Assembly (NCBI GenBank): GCA_030390025.1
Contig: CM059438.1
Span: 59,956,001-60,020,000 of the forward strand
Source of the DNA: Squalus acanthias
Taxonomy: Eukaryota
Reading direction: 5' to 3'
Length of the DNA stretch: 64,000 nt
Below, piece after piece: positions 10,969 to 24,005 of the stretch. The notes beneath the pieces were generated by a model, which saw nothing but the letters and a program-made list of their open reading frames with translations, did not search any database and had not been told where the DNA came from. The position numbers were made by a program, and so were the translations under genes. Within the stretch, counting starts at the first letter, position 1; each line of letters starts with the position of its first letter.

Positions 10969-11117
10969 TCACAAAAGGCATCAAGGGTATGGGGAGAGAG
11001 TGGGAATATGGTATTGAGATAGAGGATCAGCCATGATCATATTGAATGGTGGAGCAGGCTCGATGGGCCGAATGGCCTACTCCTGCTCCTAGATTCTATG
11101 TTTCTATGTTTCTATGT
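10969..11117 (+). mobile_element. CR1/HER1 LINE 3' end fragment
   Basis: gatcagccatgatc..gaatggcctactcctgctcct + (ttctatgt)n tail, the same as the termini at 37354-37640 and 60847-61000. Confidence 0.85.
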
Positions 11118-12060
11118 CTGGCCCAAAATGTAGCCTGTTTGATCACCCCCCTCAACCTCAGGCAAGTTGTGCCTGAGAGGTTGGTCGAGACGGTACTCAA
11201 CCTGCACCCCCAGGGACCAAATTTTCCCTTCAGGTCAGACTACTACATTCCCTCCCGTGTCCGTATTCCCCCGCCACAGTCGTTGATTAATCAGGTCGAA
11301 CACAATATCGTTTCCAGAGCCAATCCACCCCTAATATGCCAACTGACTCCTCGCTGTGTCCCTTTGTCCAAACCATTGGGTGACGGGTGGTCAAAGTGCC
11401 CACGGTCAGGCTGTTTTCAATTAACTGGCCGTGGTCCATCCCTCCCCCAAAGCCTCCCAGTTCTATCACCCCTTTATAGGCGAATGTCTGGGGAATAGCT
11501 CTCCACACGAACGTGTGGGTCACCCCAGTATCGACCAACAACATTCAGGAAATACCTCCCACACTTGCAGTTACATGGGGCCTACCATAGGGGTCCGAAT
11601 GCAACTCACTCACAGACCCCCATACCAGCGTGGCCACCGACCGTCATGGTGGACTTGGGGCATTATTCGGCCCGGGCCCTGTGGCATACACCCGCCCCTC
11701 CTGCCCGGATTCCCTCATCGTTTTAATTCCTCAATCTCTTTACGCAAACAGTCCACCTCATCGGTCCCGCTTCCTGTGGGGCCAGCTAGATCCCCTTTTG
11801 GACATTCCTTGGAAAAATGGCCCCTTTGCCCACCATTCCAACATACTGGAGTGGACGAGTCTGGGTTTTAGGGGAGTGCTGGATGGGGTCCAATACTGTG
11901 GGTGACCCTTGTTCCTCCATGGGCAGGGGGGTGGGGGAGGGCGCGGTGAGACATTCACCTGGGGGCTGGATCACTTGGACCTTTGCATTTTGTGATTTTA
12001 TTTGTTCCTACTCCTGGTTCATCCACCACTTAACCACTCCTCACTGTGGTTTGCATTGGA
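11118..12060 (-). pseudogene. gag-pro: Second ERV fragment: gag 3' half (CCHC knuckle), in-frame stop, protease, start of RT linker
   Basis: Minus strand VCWNGGQRGHFSKECPK (about 11797-11847; second Cys mutated to Gly). ..NAPSPP-TGA(11646-11644)-CGG-..SDPYGRPHVT..LLVDTGVTHT..GILGVDWL. Parallels the first ERV (YDSHGRPTV..LVDTGASHT..LGGF). Confidence 0.8.
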
Positions 12061-12075
12061 GGGATCGTAAATATC

Positions 12076-12818
12076 GGGCCAAAAATTGATCCCGCTGCGC
12101 GAGAGTACGCACTGCGTACTCTCGCGTATTCTCTCTCCAATTGCCGGTTTTCTGCATGCCCTGCGCATGCGCTGAAAACCGGCACTTGGTCTTTGGAAAA
12201 GGGGGCGGTTCCTCGGTGCATCGCGTGCGCGCTACAGGCTGCGCGCACGCTGTGCACTTAGTGCTTTGGACGCGCAGGTAAGGACGGAAGATTTTAGAAA
12301 TGGAAAAAGGAGGAGTAAGACCCACTTTTAACAAGGTAAGTAGTGAATTAAGTATTTTTTTGAATTTTTTTTAACAGGTATATCTTTTTTAGAGACTTTA
12401 AAGACAGGTAAGTTTATTTTTATAACTTTTTAAAAGATTTTAAATTTTTTCAAAAATTTAATTTTTTATTTAAAATGGTTAATTTATTTAACTATACTTA
12501 TTTTATTAATGTGATGTTTTTTTTTTTAATTTAATTGAGGTTTAGCTGTTATTTTGGGGGGGTGTAAGATTCATAGCTTTCACAGCACGTATGTGAAACT
12601 TATGAATGGAAGATGGTGTGCTGCCATTGGCTCTAACTGAGTCACGTGATCCCACAGCTCGCACAAATTCACTACGCCGGTGGGATACGCAAGCACTGCC
12701 CAGCTGATGTCTGGAACATCAAGTTCGTGCAAGCTGGATCTGAAAAAGCCAACGCGGAGTGAGAGATCGCGCCTGCTCCTTACCCCCGCGGGAACAGAGC
12801 GAGATCAATTTCTGGGTC
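12076..12818 (+). mobile_element. ~743-bp MITE, PIF/Harbinger-like (copy 1)
   Basis: Imperfect TIRs gggccaaaaattgatcccgct / agcgagatcaatttctgggtc. Near-identical to 36264-37007 and 59600-60342. Confidence 0.85.
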
Positions 12819-13124
12819 ATTAATTGCGTTATATCATTATATCAATGACGTAGCAAAGATCCCGCCCACTTCTCACCCAATTTGAGGGGTGTGTTGAAGA
12901 TTGGCCCCCCAACCGGTCTCTGCTTCAGTAACGCTCTTCAGCGTCAACACAAGAGAGCTTTCAAAATGTTGTATATGGAACTTTAGCAAAAAACCCTGCT
13001 GAAAACAACAGAAAATTACATATTACATAGAATTACATACAGGAGAGAAACAGACCATTCGGCAAAACTGGTCTATGCCGGTGGTCAAGTTCCACACGAG
13101 CTTCCTCCCACCCCTCTTCATCTG

Positions 13125-14246
13125 ACAACAACAACAACAACTTTTATTTATATAGGACGAAGAAATTTAGCACTGAGCCACATAAGGAGATATTAGGGCA
13201 GTTGATCAAAGAGGTAGGTTTTAAGGAGCGTCTTAAAGGAGGAGAGAGAGGCGGAGAGGTTTAGGGAGGGAATTCCAGAGCTTAGGGCCCAGGCAACAGA
13301 AGGCACGGCCACCAATGGTTGAGCGATTCTAATCAGGGATGCTCAAGAGGGCAGAATTAGAGGAGCGCAGATATCTCGGGGGGTTGTGGGGCTGAAGGAG
13401 ATTACAGAGATAGGGAGGGATTTGAAAACAATAATGAGAATTTTGAAATCGAGGCGCTGCTTAATCGGGAGCCAATGTAGGTTGGCGAGCACAGGGGTGA
13501 TGGGCGAACGGGACTTGGTGTGAGTTAGGACACGGGCAGCTGAGTTTTGGATGACCTCAAGTTTACGTAGGGTAGAATGTGGGAGGCCAGCCAGGAGTGT
13601 GTTGGAATAGTCAAGTCTAGAGGTAACAAAGGCATGGATGAGGGTTTCAACAGCGGATGAGCTGAGGCAAGGGCGGAGATGGGCGATGTTACAGAGGTGG
13701 AAGTAGGCGGTCTTTGTTATGCTGCGGATATGTGGTCGGAAGCTCATTTCAGGGTCAAATATGACACCAATGTTGCGAACAGTGTGGTTCAGCCTCAGAC
13801 AGATGTTAGGGAGAGGGATGGAGTCAGTGGCTAGGGAACGGAGTTTGTGGCAGGGACCGAAAACAATGGCTTCGGTCTTCCCAATATTTAACTGGAGAAA
13901 ATTTCTGCTCATCCAGAACTGTATGTCGGACAAGCAGTCTGACAATTTAGAGACCGTGGAGGGGTCGAGAGAAGAGGTAGTGAGATAGAGCTGGGTGCCG
14001 TCAGCGTACATGTGGAAACTGACGCTGTATTTTCAGATAATGTCGTCAAGGGGCAACATGTAGATGAGAAATAGGAGAGGGCCAAGGATAGATCCTTGGG
14101 GGACACCAGAGGTAACGATGCGGGAGCGGGAAGAGAAACCGTTGCGGGTGAGTCTCTGGCTACAATTAGATAGATAAGAATGGAACCAGGCGAGTGCAGT
14201 CCCACCCAGCTGGACAACGGTGGAGAGGCGTTGGAGAAGGATGGAC
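13125..14246 (-). mobile_element. L2-clade LINE, 5'-truncated
   Basis: ORF 13343-14011: YADGTQLYL..WMSRNFLQLNIGKTEAI..LIHAFVTSRLDYSN..LHWLP. (gtt)n 3' tail. Confidence 0.88.
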
Positions 14247-14825
14247 TACCCTAGTAATGTATATTAAACAACCTGCATTAATACATCAGCTGTGTCAGAA
14301 GTAACAAGTAAGAGCTGAAAGCTGGGCCTTGCGTCACTAAAGTTAAATGATATCCATTGCAATGCCCACATCCAATAACTCGGTTACAACCACAAAGAAT
14401 TCTAGCAGATTCAGGACACATGACCGGCTGCTTCTAAATAATGGCTGACTACCTCCTGTGGCCCCTCTGCTGTTTAGTTGAACATTGATAGTAAACTCGA
14501 AAACACTCCTGAGCACTTCCCCCACTCTGAATTGTTAGACTAACTGATCCGTGAATACACTTCCAAAGTAGACACCGGGGATTAATGCCATGGGATCTTT
14601 TACATCCACCTGAGAGGGCAGATAGGGCCTCGGTTTAACGTCTCATCCGAAAGACGGCACCTCCAACAGTGGTCCGTGACTCCACAATTCATAACTATTG
14701 TTTTTAAAAGATGTTGGAATTATGTGAGCTATTCTCAGGTGTGGCTCCTTTATTTATGAATCTGCTCAAAAAAAAAAATTAACCATAACGTTTCTTGTTA
14801 CTACACTCATTTCTTCAACAACTCA

Positions 14826-15232
14826 AGAAAGAAAGGTTTGCATTTATATAGCACCTTTCACGACCTCAGGACGTCCCAAAGCGCTTTACAGCCAATGAAG
14901 TACTTTTGATGTATAGTCACTGTTGTAATGTAGGAAACGCAGCATGCAATTTTGCGCACAGCAAGCTCCCACGAACAGCAATGTGATAATGACCAGATAA
15001 TCTATTTTAGTGATATTGGCCAGGACACCAGGGAGAAATCCCCTGCTCTTCTTCGAAATAGCGCCATAACCGCTTCTACGTCCACCTGAGAAGGCAGATG
15101 GGGCCTCGGTTTAACGTCTCATCTGAAAGACGGTACCTCTGACAGTGCAGCATTCCCCCCAATACTGCACTGGAGAGCCAGCCTAGATTTCGTGCTCAAG
15201 TCTCTGGAGTGGGACTTGAACCCACAACCTTT
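14826..15232 (-). mobile_element. SacSINE1-like DeuSINE
   Basis: Reverse complement of the ggatgagacgttaaaccgaggcccc..cccggtgtcctggcc core with an L2-like tail. Same family as 39895-40300. Confidence 0.75.
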
Positions 15233-15606
15233 AAGGGAAGGTAACGCAGAGTCGCTGCTCCTTGGGCGTTGCGAAGACTGGATTTCAGTGGGCTGACATT
15301 GTGCTATAATGTGAGGTCAGCTGGTGTAATTAAACGCGCAGCACTCCCGGCACACTGCGCATGGCATTTTGGGTGCAGTAAAATCATAAAAACATAGTTT
15401 CATATAGCACAGAAGGTGGCCATTCAGCCCATCATGCCTGTGCCAGCTATCCAATTAGTCCCAATCCCCTTCTCTTTACCCATAGCTCTGCAAATTTTCC
15501 TTTTTAAGTAGAGATCCAATTCCCTTTTGAACATTCTGGGCTCATGGGTGGGCTATCATTGCCAGCAGCGCTTAAAGCTGGACTGCAGCTGAAGAGGGAG
15601 AACAAA

Positions 15607-16240
15607 TGGCTGCAGCAAATGCTCGCACTGGAGTGGCTTCATGCAACGATGCAGAATTGGGGGAATACTGCTGGATGGGGGTCTCACAAAGAATGGAGGT
15701 CCTTTTTTTGGAGTTGGTGGCCATCCTATAGTGAAAAGCAGTGCCTGAGCAGCCTGCATGGAGGTGGTGCAAAGAGTCAATACTCACCTGTGCACTGAGC
15801 TTGGTTGCCAAAGTATGTTTTACTGACTCATTGCTTAAAGTTATAATATGTCCCTAAAGGCATCTTAACAGGCCTGCAAGTTTATGTTTGGTGCAGCATC
15901 ATAAAGGGGAAAAGCACAGCACCCTGGCAACCATTCATGAACTTTCTAAATGTACAAGGTACGCTCGCACTTCACCAAGACATTCTGCATTGCTGCCATG
16001 TCAACCTGTTGGCACGTTACCTGCAGCAAGCAACAAACACGAAGCACAGCACATGGTACCCGCACGCTGCACGTCCACACACTTACATTAGGCGGCTCTT
16101 GGACTGCACACTTTAGTGATACTCATCTTCTCCCAGATTCCTCTATCGACATATTGTTTTCCATCTGCTTACAGGACAAGGCTGCACATACAGACTGACG
16201 TGGGGCGGAGGGTGACCTAATCAATGATCTTTCAGTCCTA
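15607..16240 (+). pseudogene. Degenerate Harbinger Myb/SANT-like gene remnant
   Basis: MAAANARTGVASCNDAELG/ILLDG/VSQRMEVLF..MEVVQRVN (frameshifted), and an exon starting cttacag|DKAAHT (16175), paralleling 26599-27275. Confidence 0.5.
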
Positions 16241-16347
16241 ACAACAACAGGGACTCCTCTCCTGCAGGGCCAAAGATTGAGATTGAGATTGAGATTGTTG
16301 TTAGATAAGGGTATCAAGGAATATGGATCAAAAGCGGATAAATTGAG

Positions 16348-19065
16348 TTATTTTTATTCGTTCACGGGGTGTGGGCATCGCTGGCAAGGTCAGCATTTAT
16401 TGCCCATCCCTAATTGCCCTTGAGAAGGTGGTGGTGGTGAGCCACCTTCTTTAACCGCTGCAGTCCGTGTGGTGAAGGTACTCCCACAGTGTTGTTAGAG
16501 AGGGAGTTCCAGGATTTTGATCCAGCGACGATGAAGGATCGCCGATATACTTCCAAGTCAGGATGGTGTGTGACTTGGAGGGGAACTTGGAGGTGATGGT
16601 GTTCCCATGTGCCTGCAGCCCTTGTCCTTCTCGGTGGTAGAGGTCGCGGGTTTGGGAGGTGCTGTCGAAGGAGCCTTGGCGAGTTGCTACAGTGCATCTT
16701 GTAGATGGTACACACTGCAGCCACGGTATGCCGGTGGTGGAGGGAGTGAATGTTTAAGGCAGTGGATGGGGTGCCAATCAAGAGGGCTGCTTTGTCTTGG
16801 ATGGTGTCGAGCTATTTGAGTGTTGTTGGAGCTGCACTCATCCAGGCAAGTGGAGAGTATTCCATCACACACCTTACTTGTGCCTTGTAGATGGTGGAAA
16901 GGCTTTGGGGAGTCAGGAGATGAGACACTCGCCGCAGAATACCCAGCCTCTGACCTGCTCTTGTTGCCACAGCATGTATGTGGCTGGTCCAATTAAGTTT
17001 CTGGTCAATGGTGACCCCCAGGATGTTGATGGTGGGGGATTCAGCGATGGTAATGTCATTGAATGTCAAGGGGCGGTGGTTAGACTCTCGCTTGTTGGAG
17101 ATGGTCATTGCCTGGCACTTGTGTGGCGCGAATGTTACTTGCCACTTATCAGCCCAAGCCTGAATGTCATCAAGGTCTTGCTGCATGCGGGGCATGGACT
17201 GCTTCATTATCTGAGGAGTTGTGAATGGCACTGAACACTGTGCAGTCATCAGCGAACATCCCCACTTCTGACCTTATGATGGAGGGAAGGTCATTGATGA
17301 AGCAGCAGAAGAGGGTTGGGCCTAGGACACTGCCCTGAGGAACTCCTGCAGCGATGTCCTGGGGCTGTGATGATTGACCACCAACCACCACAACCATCTT
17401 CCTTTCTGCTAGGTATGATTCGAGTCAGTGGAGTGTTTTCCCCCAATTCCCATTGACTTCAGTTTTACTAGGCTCCTTGATGCCACACTCGTTCAAATGC
17501 TGCCTTGATGTCAAGGGCAGTCACTCTTGCCTCGCCTCTGGAATTCAGCTCTATTGTCCATGTTTCGACCAAGGCTGTAATGAGGTCTGGAGCCAAGTGG
17601 TCCTGGCGGAACCCAAACTGGGCATCAGTGAGCAGGTTATTTGTGAGTAAGTGCCGCTTGATAGCACTGTCGATGACACCTTCCATCACTTTGCTGATGA
17701 TTGAGAGTAGACTGATGGAGCGGTAATTGGCCGGATTGGATTTGTCCTGCTTTCTGTGGACAGGACATACCTGGGCAGTTTTCCACATTGTCGGATAGAT
17801 GCCAGTGTTGTAGCTGTACTGGAACAGCTTGGCTAGAGGCGCGGCTAGTTCTGGAGCACAAGTCTTCAGCACGACAGCCGGGATGTTGTCGGGGCCCATA
17901 GCCTTTGCTGTATCCAGTGTGCTCAGCCGTTTCTTGATATCACATGGAATGAATAGAATTGGCTGAAGACTGACTTCTGTGATGGTGGGGACCTCAGGAG
18001 TAGACCGATATGGATCATCCACTCGGCACTTCTGGTTGAAGATGGTTGCAAACACTTCAGCCTTGTCTTTTGCACTCACGTGCTGGGCTCCACCATCATT
18101 GAGGATGGGGATATTCATGGAGCCTCCTCCTCCCGTTAGTTGTTTAATGGTCCACCACCATGCACGACTGGATGTGGCAGGACTGCAGAGCTTTGATCTG
18201 ATCCGTTGATTGTGGGATCGTTTAGCCCTGTCTATAGCATGCTGCTTCCGCTGTTTAGCATGCATGTAGTCCTGTGTTGCAGCTTTCCAAGGTTGGCACC
18301 TCATTTTTAGGTACGCCTGGTGCTGCTCCTGGCATGCTCTTCTACATTCCTCATTGAACTAGGGTTGGTCCCCTGGCTTGATGGTAATGGTAGAGTGAGG
18401 GGTATGCCGGGCCATGAGGTTACAGAATGTGGTAGAATAAAATTCTGCTGCTGCTGATGGCCCACAGCGCCTCATGGATTCCCAGTTTTGAGCTGCTAGA
18501 TCTGTTCTGAATCTATCCCATTTAGCACAGTGGTAGTGCCACACAACATGACGGAGGGTATCCTCAGTGTGAAGACGGGACTTCGTCTCCACAATGACTG
18601 TGCAGTGGTCATGGACAGATGCATCTGCGACAGGTAGATTGGTGAGGATGACGTCAAGTAGGTTTTTCCCTCGTGTTGGTTCTCTCACCACCTGTCGCAG
18701 GCCCAGACTGGCAGCTATGTCCTTCAGGACTCGGCCAGCTCGGTCAGTAGTGGTGCTATTGAGCCACTCTTGGTGATGGACATTGAAGTCCTCCACCCAG
18801 AGTACATTCTCTGCCCTTGTTACTCTCAGTGCTTCTTCCACATGGTGTTCAACATGGAGGAGTACTGATTCATCAGCTGAGGGAGGGCGGTAGGTGGGAA
18901 TCAGCAGGAGGTTTCCTTGCCCATGCTTGACCTGAAGCCATGAGCCTTCATGGGGTCTGGAGTCAATGTTGAGGATTCCCAGGGCCACTCCATTCCGACT
19001 GTATAACACTGTGCCGCCACCCCTGGTGGGTCTATCCTGCTGGTGGGACAGGACATACCCAGGGA
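16348..19065 (-). mobile_element. CR1-group LINE family A, 5'-truncated within EN
   Basis: ORFs 18359-19009 (EN), 17468-18304 and 16812-17397 (RT; GVPQGSVLGP, FADD). Inserted in a CR1 3' fragment with a short gagtt duplication. Confidence 0.92.
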
Positions 19066-19150
19066 GTTGAGGTACAGATAAGCCAGGATCTAATAGAATG
19101 GCAGAACAGACTCATTGGGCAGAATGGTCTACGCCTGTTCCTGTGTTCCT

Positions 19151-20295
19151 GCAGATCTCACCCAGGCCTACTCCTCTCCTACAGATCTCACTTAGGCCTA
19201 CTCCTCTCCTACCGATCTCACCCAGGCCTACTCCTCTCCTACAGATCTCACCCAGGCCTACTCCTCCCTTACAGATCTCACTCAGGCCTACTCCTCTCCT
19301 ACAGATCTCACCCAGGCCTACTCCTCTCCTGCAGATCTCACCCAGGCCTACTCCTCTCCTACAGATCTCACCCAGGCCTACTCCTCTCCTACAGATCTCA
19401 CCCAGGCCTACTCCTCTCCTACCAATCTCACTCAGGCCTACTCCTCCCTTACAGATCTCACCCAGGCCTACTCCTCTCCTACCGATCTCACTCAGGCCTA
19501 CTCCTCTCCTACCGATCTCACCCAGGCCTATTCCTCTCCTACAGATCTCACCCAGGCCTACTCCTCTCCTACCGATCTCACCCAGGCCTACTCCTCTCCT
19601 ACCGATCTCACCCAGGCCTACTCCTCTCCTACCGATCTCACTCAGGCCTATTCCTCTCCTACAGATCTCACCCAGGCCTACTCCTCTCCTACCGATCTCA
19701 CCCAGGCCTACTCCTCTCCTACCGATCTCACCCAGGTCTACTCCTCTCCTACCGATCTCACTCAGGCCTACTCCTCTCCTACCGATCTCACTCAGGCCTA
19801 CTCCTCTCCTACCGATCTCACTCAGGCCTACTCCTCTCCTACAGATCTCACCCAGGCCTACTCCTCTCCTACAGATCTCACCCAGGCCTACTCCTCTCCT
19901 ACAGATCTCACCCAGGCCTACTCCTCTCCTACAGATCTCACTCAGGCCTACTCCTCTCCTACAGATCTCACCCAGGCCTACTCCTCTCCTACAGATCTCA
20001 CCCAGGCCTACTCCTCTCCTACAGATCTCACCCAGGCCTACTCCTCTCCTACAGATCTCACCCAGGCCTACTCCTCTCCTACAATCTCACCCAGGCCTAC
20101 TCCTCTCCTACCAATCTCACCCAGGCCTACTCCTCTCCTACAGATCTCACCCAGTGTTGCTCCTCTCCTACAGATCTCACCCAGGCCTACTCCTCCCTTA
20201 CAGATCTCACCCAGGCCTACTCCTCTCCTACAGATCTCACCCAGTGTTGCTCCTCTCCTACAGATCTCACCCAGTATTGCTCCTCTCCTACAGGC
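19151..20295. repeat. 30-bp minisatellite (acagatctcacccaggcctactcctctcct)n, about 38 copies
   Basis: Direct tandem periodicity of 30 nt, visible as identical columns in the 60-nt lines. Confidence 0.97.
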
Positions 20296-20654
20296 CTCAC
20301 ACAACATTTATAAAGAACAGGTTTATGATTTGGGTGCGCACACCACATGGAGGAAATCTTGCCTGAGATTACGATCCACAGTATATGTATATCCCACTCA
20401 TGCTAACCATAATCCAATCAAGTTCACTTGGACGTTAATGATCCCTGGCACTATTCCTGTTGTCTTGGCAACATTCTTCCTACAACTGACACCCGAACAG
20501 ATTATCTAATCATACATCTCATAGCTTGTTTGTGGGACACTGCTGCAGAATGGTTGCCACATTTGCTTACATAACAAAAGTCACTGCACTTTTTTTAAAA
20601 ATGGTAATTAATTGTCTGAAGCATTTTTGGGACATTTTGGAATGAAAGATGATA

Positions 20655-21335
20655 TATAAAGAAAGAACAACCTCAGGACGTCCCAAAGCGCTTCACAGCC
20701 AAAGAAGTACTTCTGATGTGTGGTCACTATTGTAATGTAGGAAAAGCAGCAGCAAATAAATATTGGCCAGGACACCGGGGAGAACTCCGCTGCTCTTTTT
20801 TGAAATAGTGCCATGGGATCTTTTACGTCCACCTGAGAGAGCAGACGGGGCCTCGGTTTAACGTCTCATCCAAAAGACAACACCTCCGACAGTGCAGCAC
20901 TCCCTCAGCACTGCACTGAAGAGTCAGCCTAGATTTTGTGCTCAAAGGCAACACGGTGGCATAGTGGTTAGCACTGTTGCCTCACAGCGCCAGGGACCCA
21001 GGTTCGAATCCGGCCCCGGGTGACTGTCTGTGTGGAGTTTGCACATTCTCCCCGTGTCTGCGTGGGTTTCCTCCGGGTGCTCCGGTTTCCTCCCACAGTC
21101 CAAAGATGTGCGGGTTAGGTTGATTTGGCTATGATAAATTGACCCTTAGTGTTAGGGGGATTAAATACGTAGGGTTACGGGGATAGGGTGGGATATGTGT
21201 CGGTGCAGGCTCGATGGGCCGAAATGGCCTCTATCTGTACTGTGGGGATTCTGTGATTCTGTGAAAGTTCCTGGAGTGGGACTTGAACCTATGACCTTCT
21301 GACACACCAGTGAGGGTGCGACCCAGCTGACATAT
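20655..21335 (-). mobile_element. SacSINE1-like DeuSINE interrupted by an HE1 SINE
   Basis: Deu core at 20760-20945. The tRNA head resumes at 21265-21335 after the HE1 insertion. Confidence 0.75.
20947..21264 (+). mobile_element. HE1-type V-SINE (elasmobranch)
   Basis: tRNA head ggtggcatagtggttagcact..ggttcgaatcc; V core tgtgtggagtttgcacattctccccgtgtctgcgtgggtttcctccggg; CR1-like tail (attctgtg)n. Confidence 0.88.
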
Positions 21336-21786
21336 AATCCAAGCATTATCAGTATTACTACTTATAAGCAGGCAGAGCCTCTCTGCCTTAGGCACTGTCA
21401 CAGTGCACAATGGGTTAACAACAGATAAACTCCCAGTGGGGTTACAGATATCTGTATGCAGAGTTGGAAATGCCCCAGGTTCAGAAAAACTGCTGATCAA
21501 TAATAGATGTCGACCAAGGAGAATGACAGATGAATTTCAAAATCTGTTCCTTCTGTCCTTTTTCTGATTACATTACGTTGATTGTATTTGCACACCAGTA
21601 AAGGCTGCTCTATTATTCTGAAACTCTGTCCCCTCCCCCACCCCCAGTCATTGATTCCCCCTCCTCTTTAGCTCCCCCCACATCACTCTACAAGAAATCA
21701 GGCAGGCAAATTGCTGCTGGATTTGCTGCTGACTCTGCTGGATAATGGGAAGCTAGGTGATTAATGAGTGATTCACTCCCATGGGT

Positions 21787-23575
21787 TCTTTTTTTTTTAT
21801 TCGTTTATCGGATGTGGGCATCGCTAGCAAGGCCAGCATTTATTGCCCATCCCTAATTGCCCTTGAGAAGGTGGTGGTGAGCCGCCTTCTTGAACTGCTG
21901 CAGTCCGTGTGGTGAAGGTACAGTGCTGTTAGGGAGGGAGTTCCAGGATTTTGACCCAGCGACGATGAAGGAACGGCGATATACTTCTAAGTCAGGATGG
22001 TGTGTGACTTGGAGGGGAACTTGGAGGTGGTGGTGTTCCCATGCGCCTGCTGCCCTTGTCCTTCCAGGTGGAAGAGGTCGCGGGTTTGGGAGGTGCTGCC
22101 GAAGAAGCCTTGGTGAGTTGCTGCAGTGCATCTTGTAGATGGTACACACTGCAGCCACGGTGCGCCGGTGGTGGAGGGTGTGAATGTTTAAGGTGGTAGA
22201 TGGGGTGCCAATCAAGAGGGCTGCTTTGTCCTGGATGGTGTCGAGCTTCTTGAGTGTTGTTGGAGCTGCACTCATCCAGGCACGTGGAGAGTATTCCATC
22301 ACACTCCTTACTTGTGCCTTGTAGATGGTGGAAAGGCTTTGGGGAGTCAGGAGGTGAGACACTCGCCACAGAATACCTAGCCTCTGACCTGCTCTTGTTG
22401 CCACAGTGTTAAGGTGGCTGGTCCAGTTAAGTTTTTGGTCAATGGTGACCCCCAGGATGTTGATGGTGCGGGATTCGGCGATGGTAATGCCATTGAATGT
22501 CAAGGGGTGGTGGTTAGACTCTCCCTTGTTGGAGATAGTCATTCTCTGGCACTTCTGTGGCGCGAATGTTACCTGCCACTTGAATGTCGTCCAGGACTTG
22601 TTGCATGCGGGCATGGACTGCTTCATTATCTGAGGAGTTGTGAATGGCACTGAACACTGTGCAGTCATCAGCGAACATCCCCATTTCTGACCTTATGTTG
22701 GAGGGAAGGTCATTGATGAAGCAGCTGAAGATGGTTGGGTCTAGGACACTGCCCTGAGGAACTCCTGCAGCGATGTCCTGGGGCTGTGATGATTGACCAC
22801 CAACCACCACAACCATCTTCCTTTGTGCTAGGTATGACACCAGCCAGTGGAGAGTTTTCCCCCCAATTCCCATTGACTTCAGTTTTACTAGGGCTCCTTC
22901 ATGCCACACTTGGTCAAATGCTGCCTTGATGTCAAGGACAGTCACTCTCACCTTACCTCTGGAATTCAGCTCCTTTGTCCATGTTTGGACCAAGGCTGTA
23001 ATGAGGTCGGGAGCTGAGTGGTCTTGGCGGAACCCAAACTGGGCATCAGTGAGCAGGTTATTTGTGAGTAAGTGCCGCTTGATAGCACTGTCGATGACAC
23101 CTTCCATCACTTTGCTGATGATTGAGAGTAGACTGATGGGGCGGTAATTGGCCAGATTGGATTTGTCCTGCTTTTTTTGGACAGGACATACCTGGGCAGT
23201 TTTCCACATTGTCGGATAGATGCCAGTGTTGTAGCTGTACTGGAACAGCTTAGCTAGAGGCGCGGCTAGTTCTGGAGCACAAGTCTTCAGCACGATAGCG
23301 GGATGTTGTCGGGGCCCATAGCCTTTGCTGTATCCAGTGTGCTCAGCTGTTTCTTGATATCACGTGGAGTGAATAGAATTGGCTGAGCACTGGCTTCTGT
23401 GATGGTGGGGACTTCGGGCGTAGGCCAACATGGATCATCCACTCGGCACTTCTGGCTGAAGATGGTTGCAAACGCTTCAGCCTTGTCTTTTGCACTCACG
23501 TGCTGGGCTCCACCATCATTGAGGATGGGATTATTCATGGAGCCTCCTCCTCCCGTTAGTTGTTTAATGGTCCCA
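21787..23575 (-). mobile_element. CR1-group LINE family A, 5'-truncated (RT + 3' end)
   Basis: ORFs 23287-23538, 22514-23293 and 21853-22668, near-identical to 7101-8852. Confidence 0.92.
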
Positions 23576-24005
23576 CTTCAGAGACCTGAACAAAAAATCC
23601 AGGCTGACACTCCTGTGGTGTACTGAGGGAGTGCTGCACTGTTGGAGGTACCATGTTATGGATGCGACGATAAACCCAAGCCCCGTCTGCCCTCTCAGGT
23701 GGACGTAAAAGATCCCACGGCTCTATTTCAAAGAAAGCCAAGGGAGTTCTCCCCGGTGTCCTGGCCAATATTTATCCCTGAACCAACATCACTTAAAAAA
23801 ACCAGATTATCAGGTCATTACCACATTATTGTTTGTGGGAGCTTGCTGTGTGCAAATAGGCTGCCCTGTTTCCTACATTACAACAGTGACTACACTCCAA
23901 AAGAACTTCATTGGCTGTAAAGCGTTTTGAAACGTTCTGAGGTTGTGAAAGGCGCTATAGAAATGGAAGTCTCTCTTTCTTTCTCTCTTTTTCTTTCTTT
24001 TTCTT
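23575..24005 (+). mobile_element. SacSINE1-like DeuSINE
   Basis: Deu core and tail ..ggcgctatagaaatggaagtctctcttt. Confidence 0.75.

Noticed and set aside
12030..12334. ORF MLKVGLTPPFS.. repeated at 36220 and 60084
   Set aside because: Lies in the MITE end and terminates in different flanking DNA in each copy; recurrence reflects repeat identity only.
19098..20366. 422-aa ISPRPTPLLQ-repeat ORF / CRISPR-like periodicity
   Set aside because: Pure 30-bp tandem repeat with no unique spacers and no cas genes in a eukaryotic context. The ORF is a by-product of a stop-free unit.
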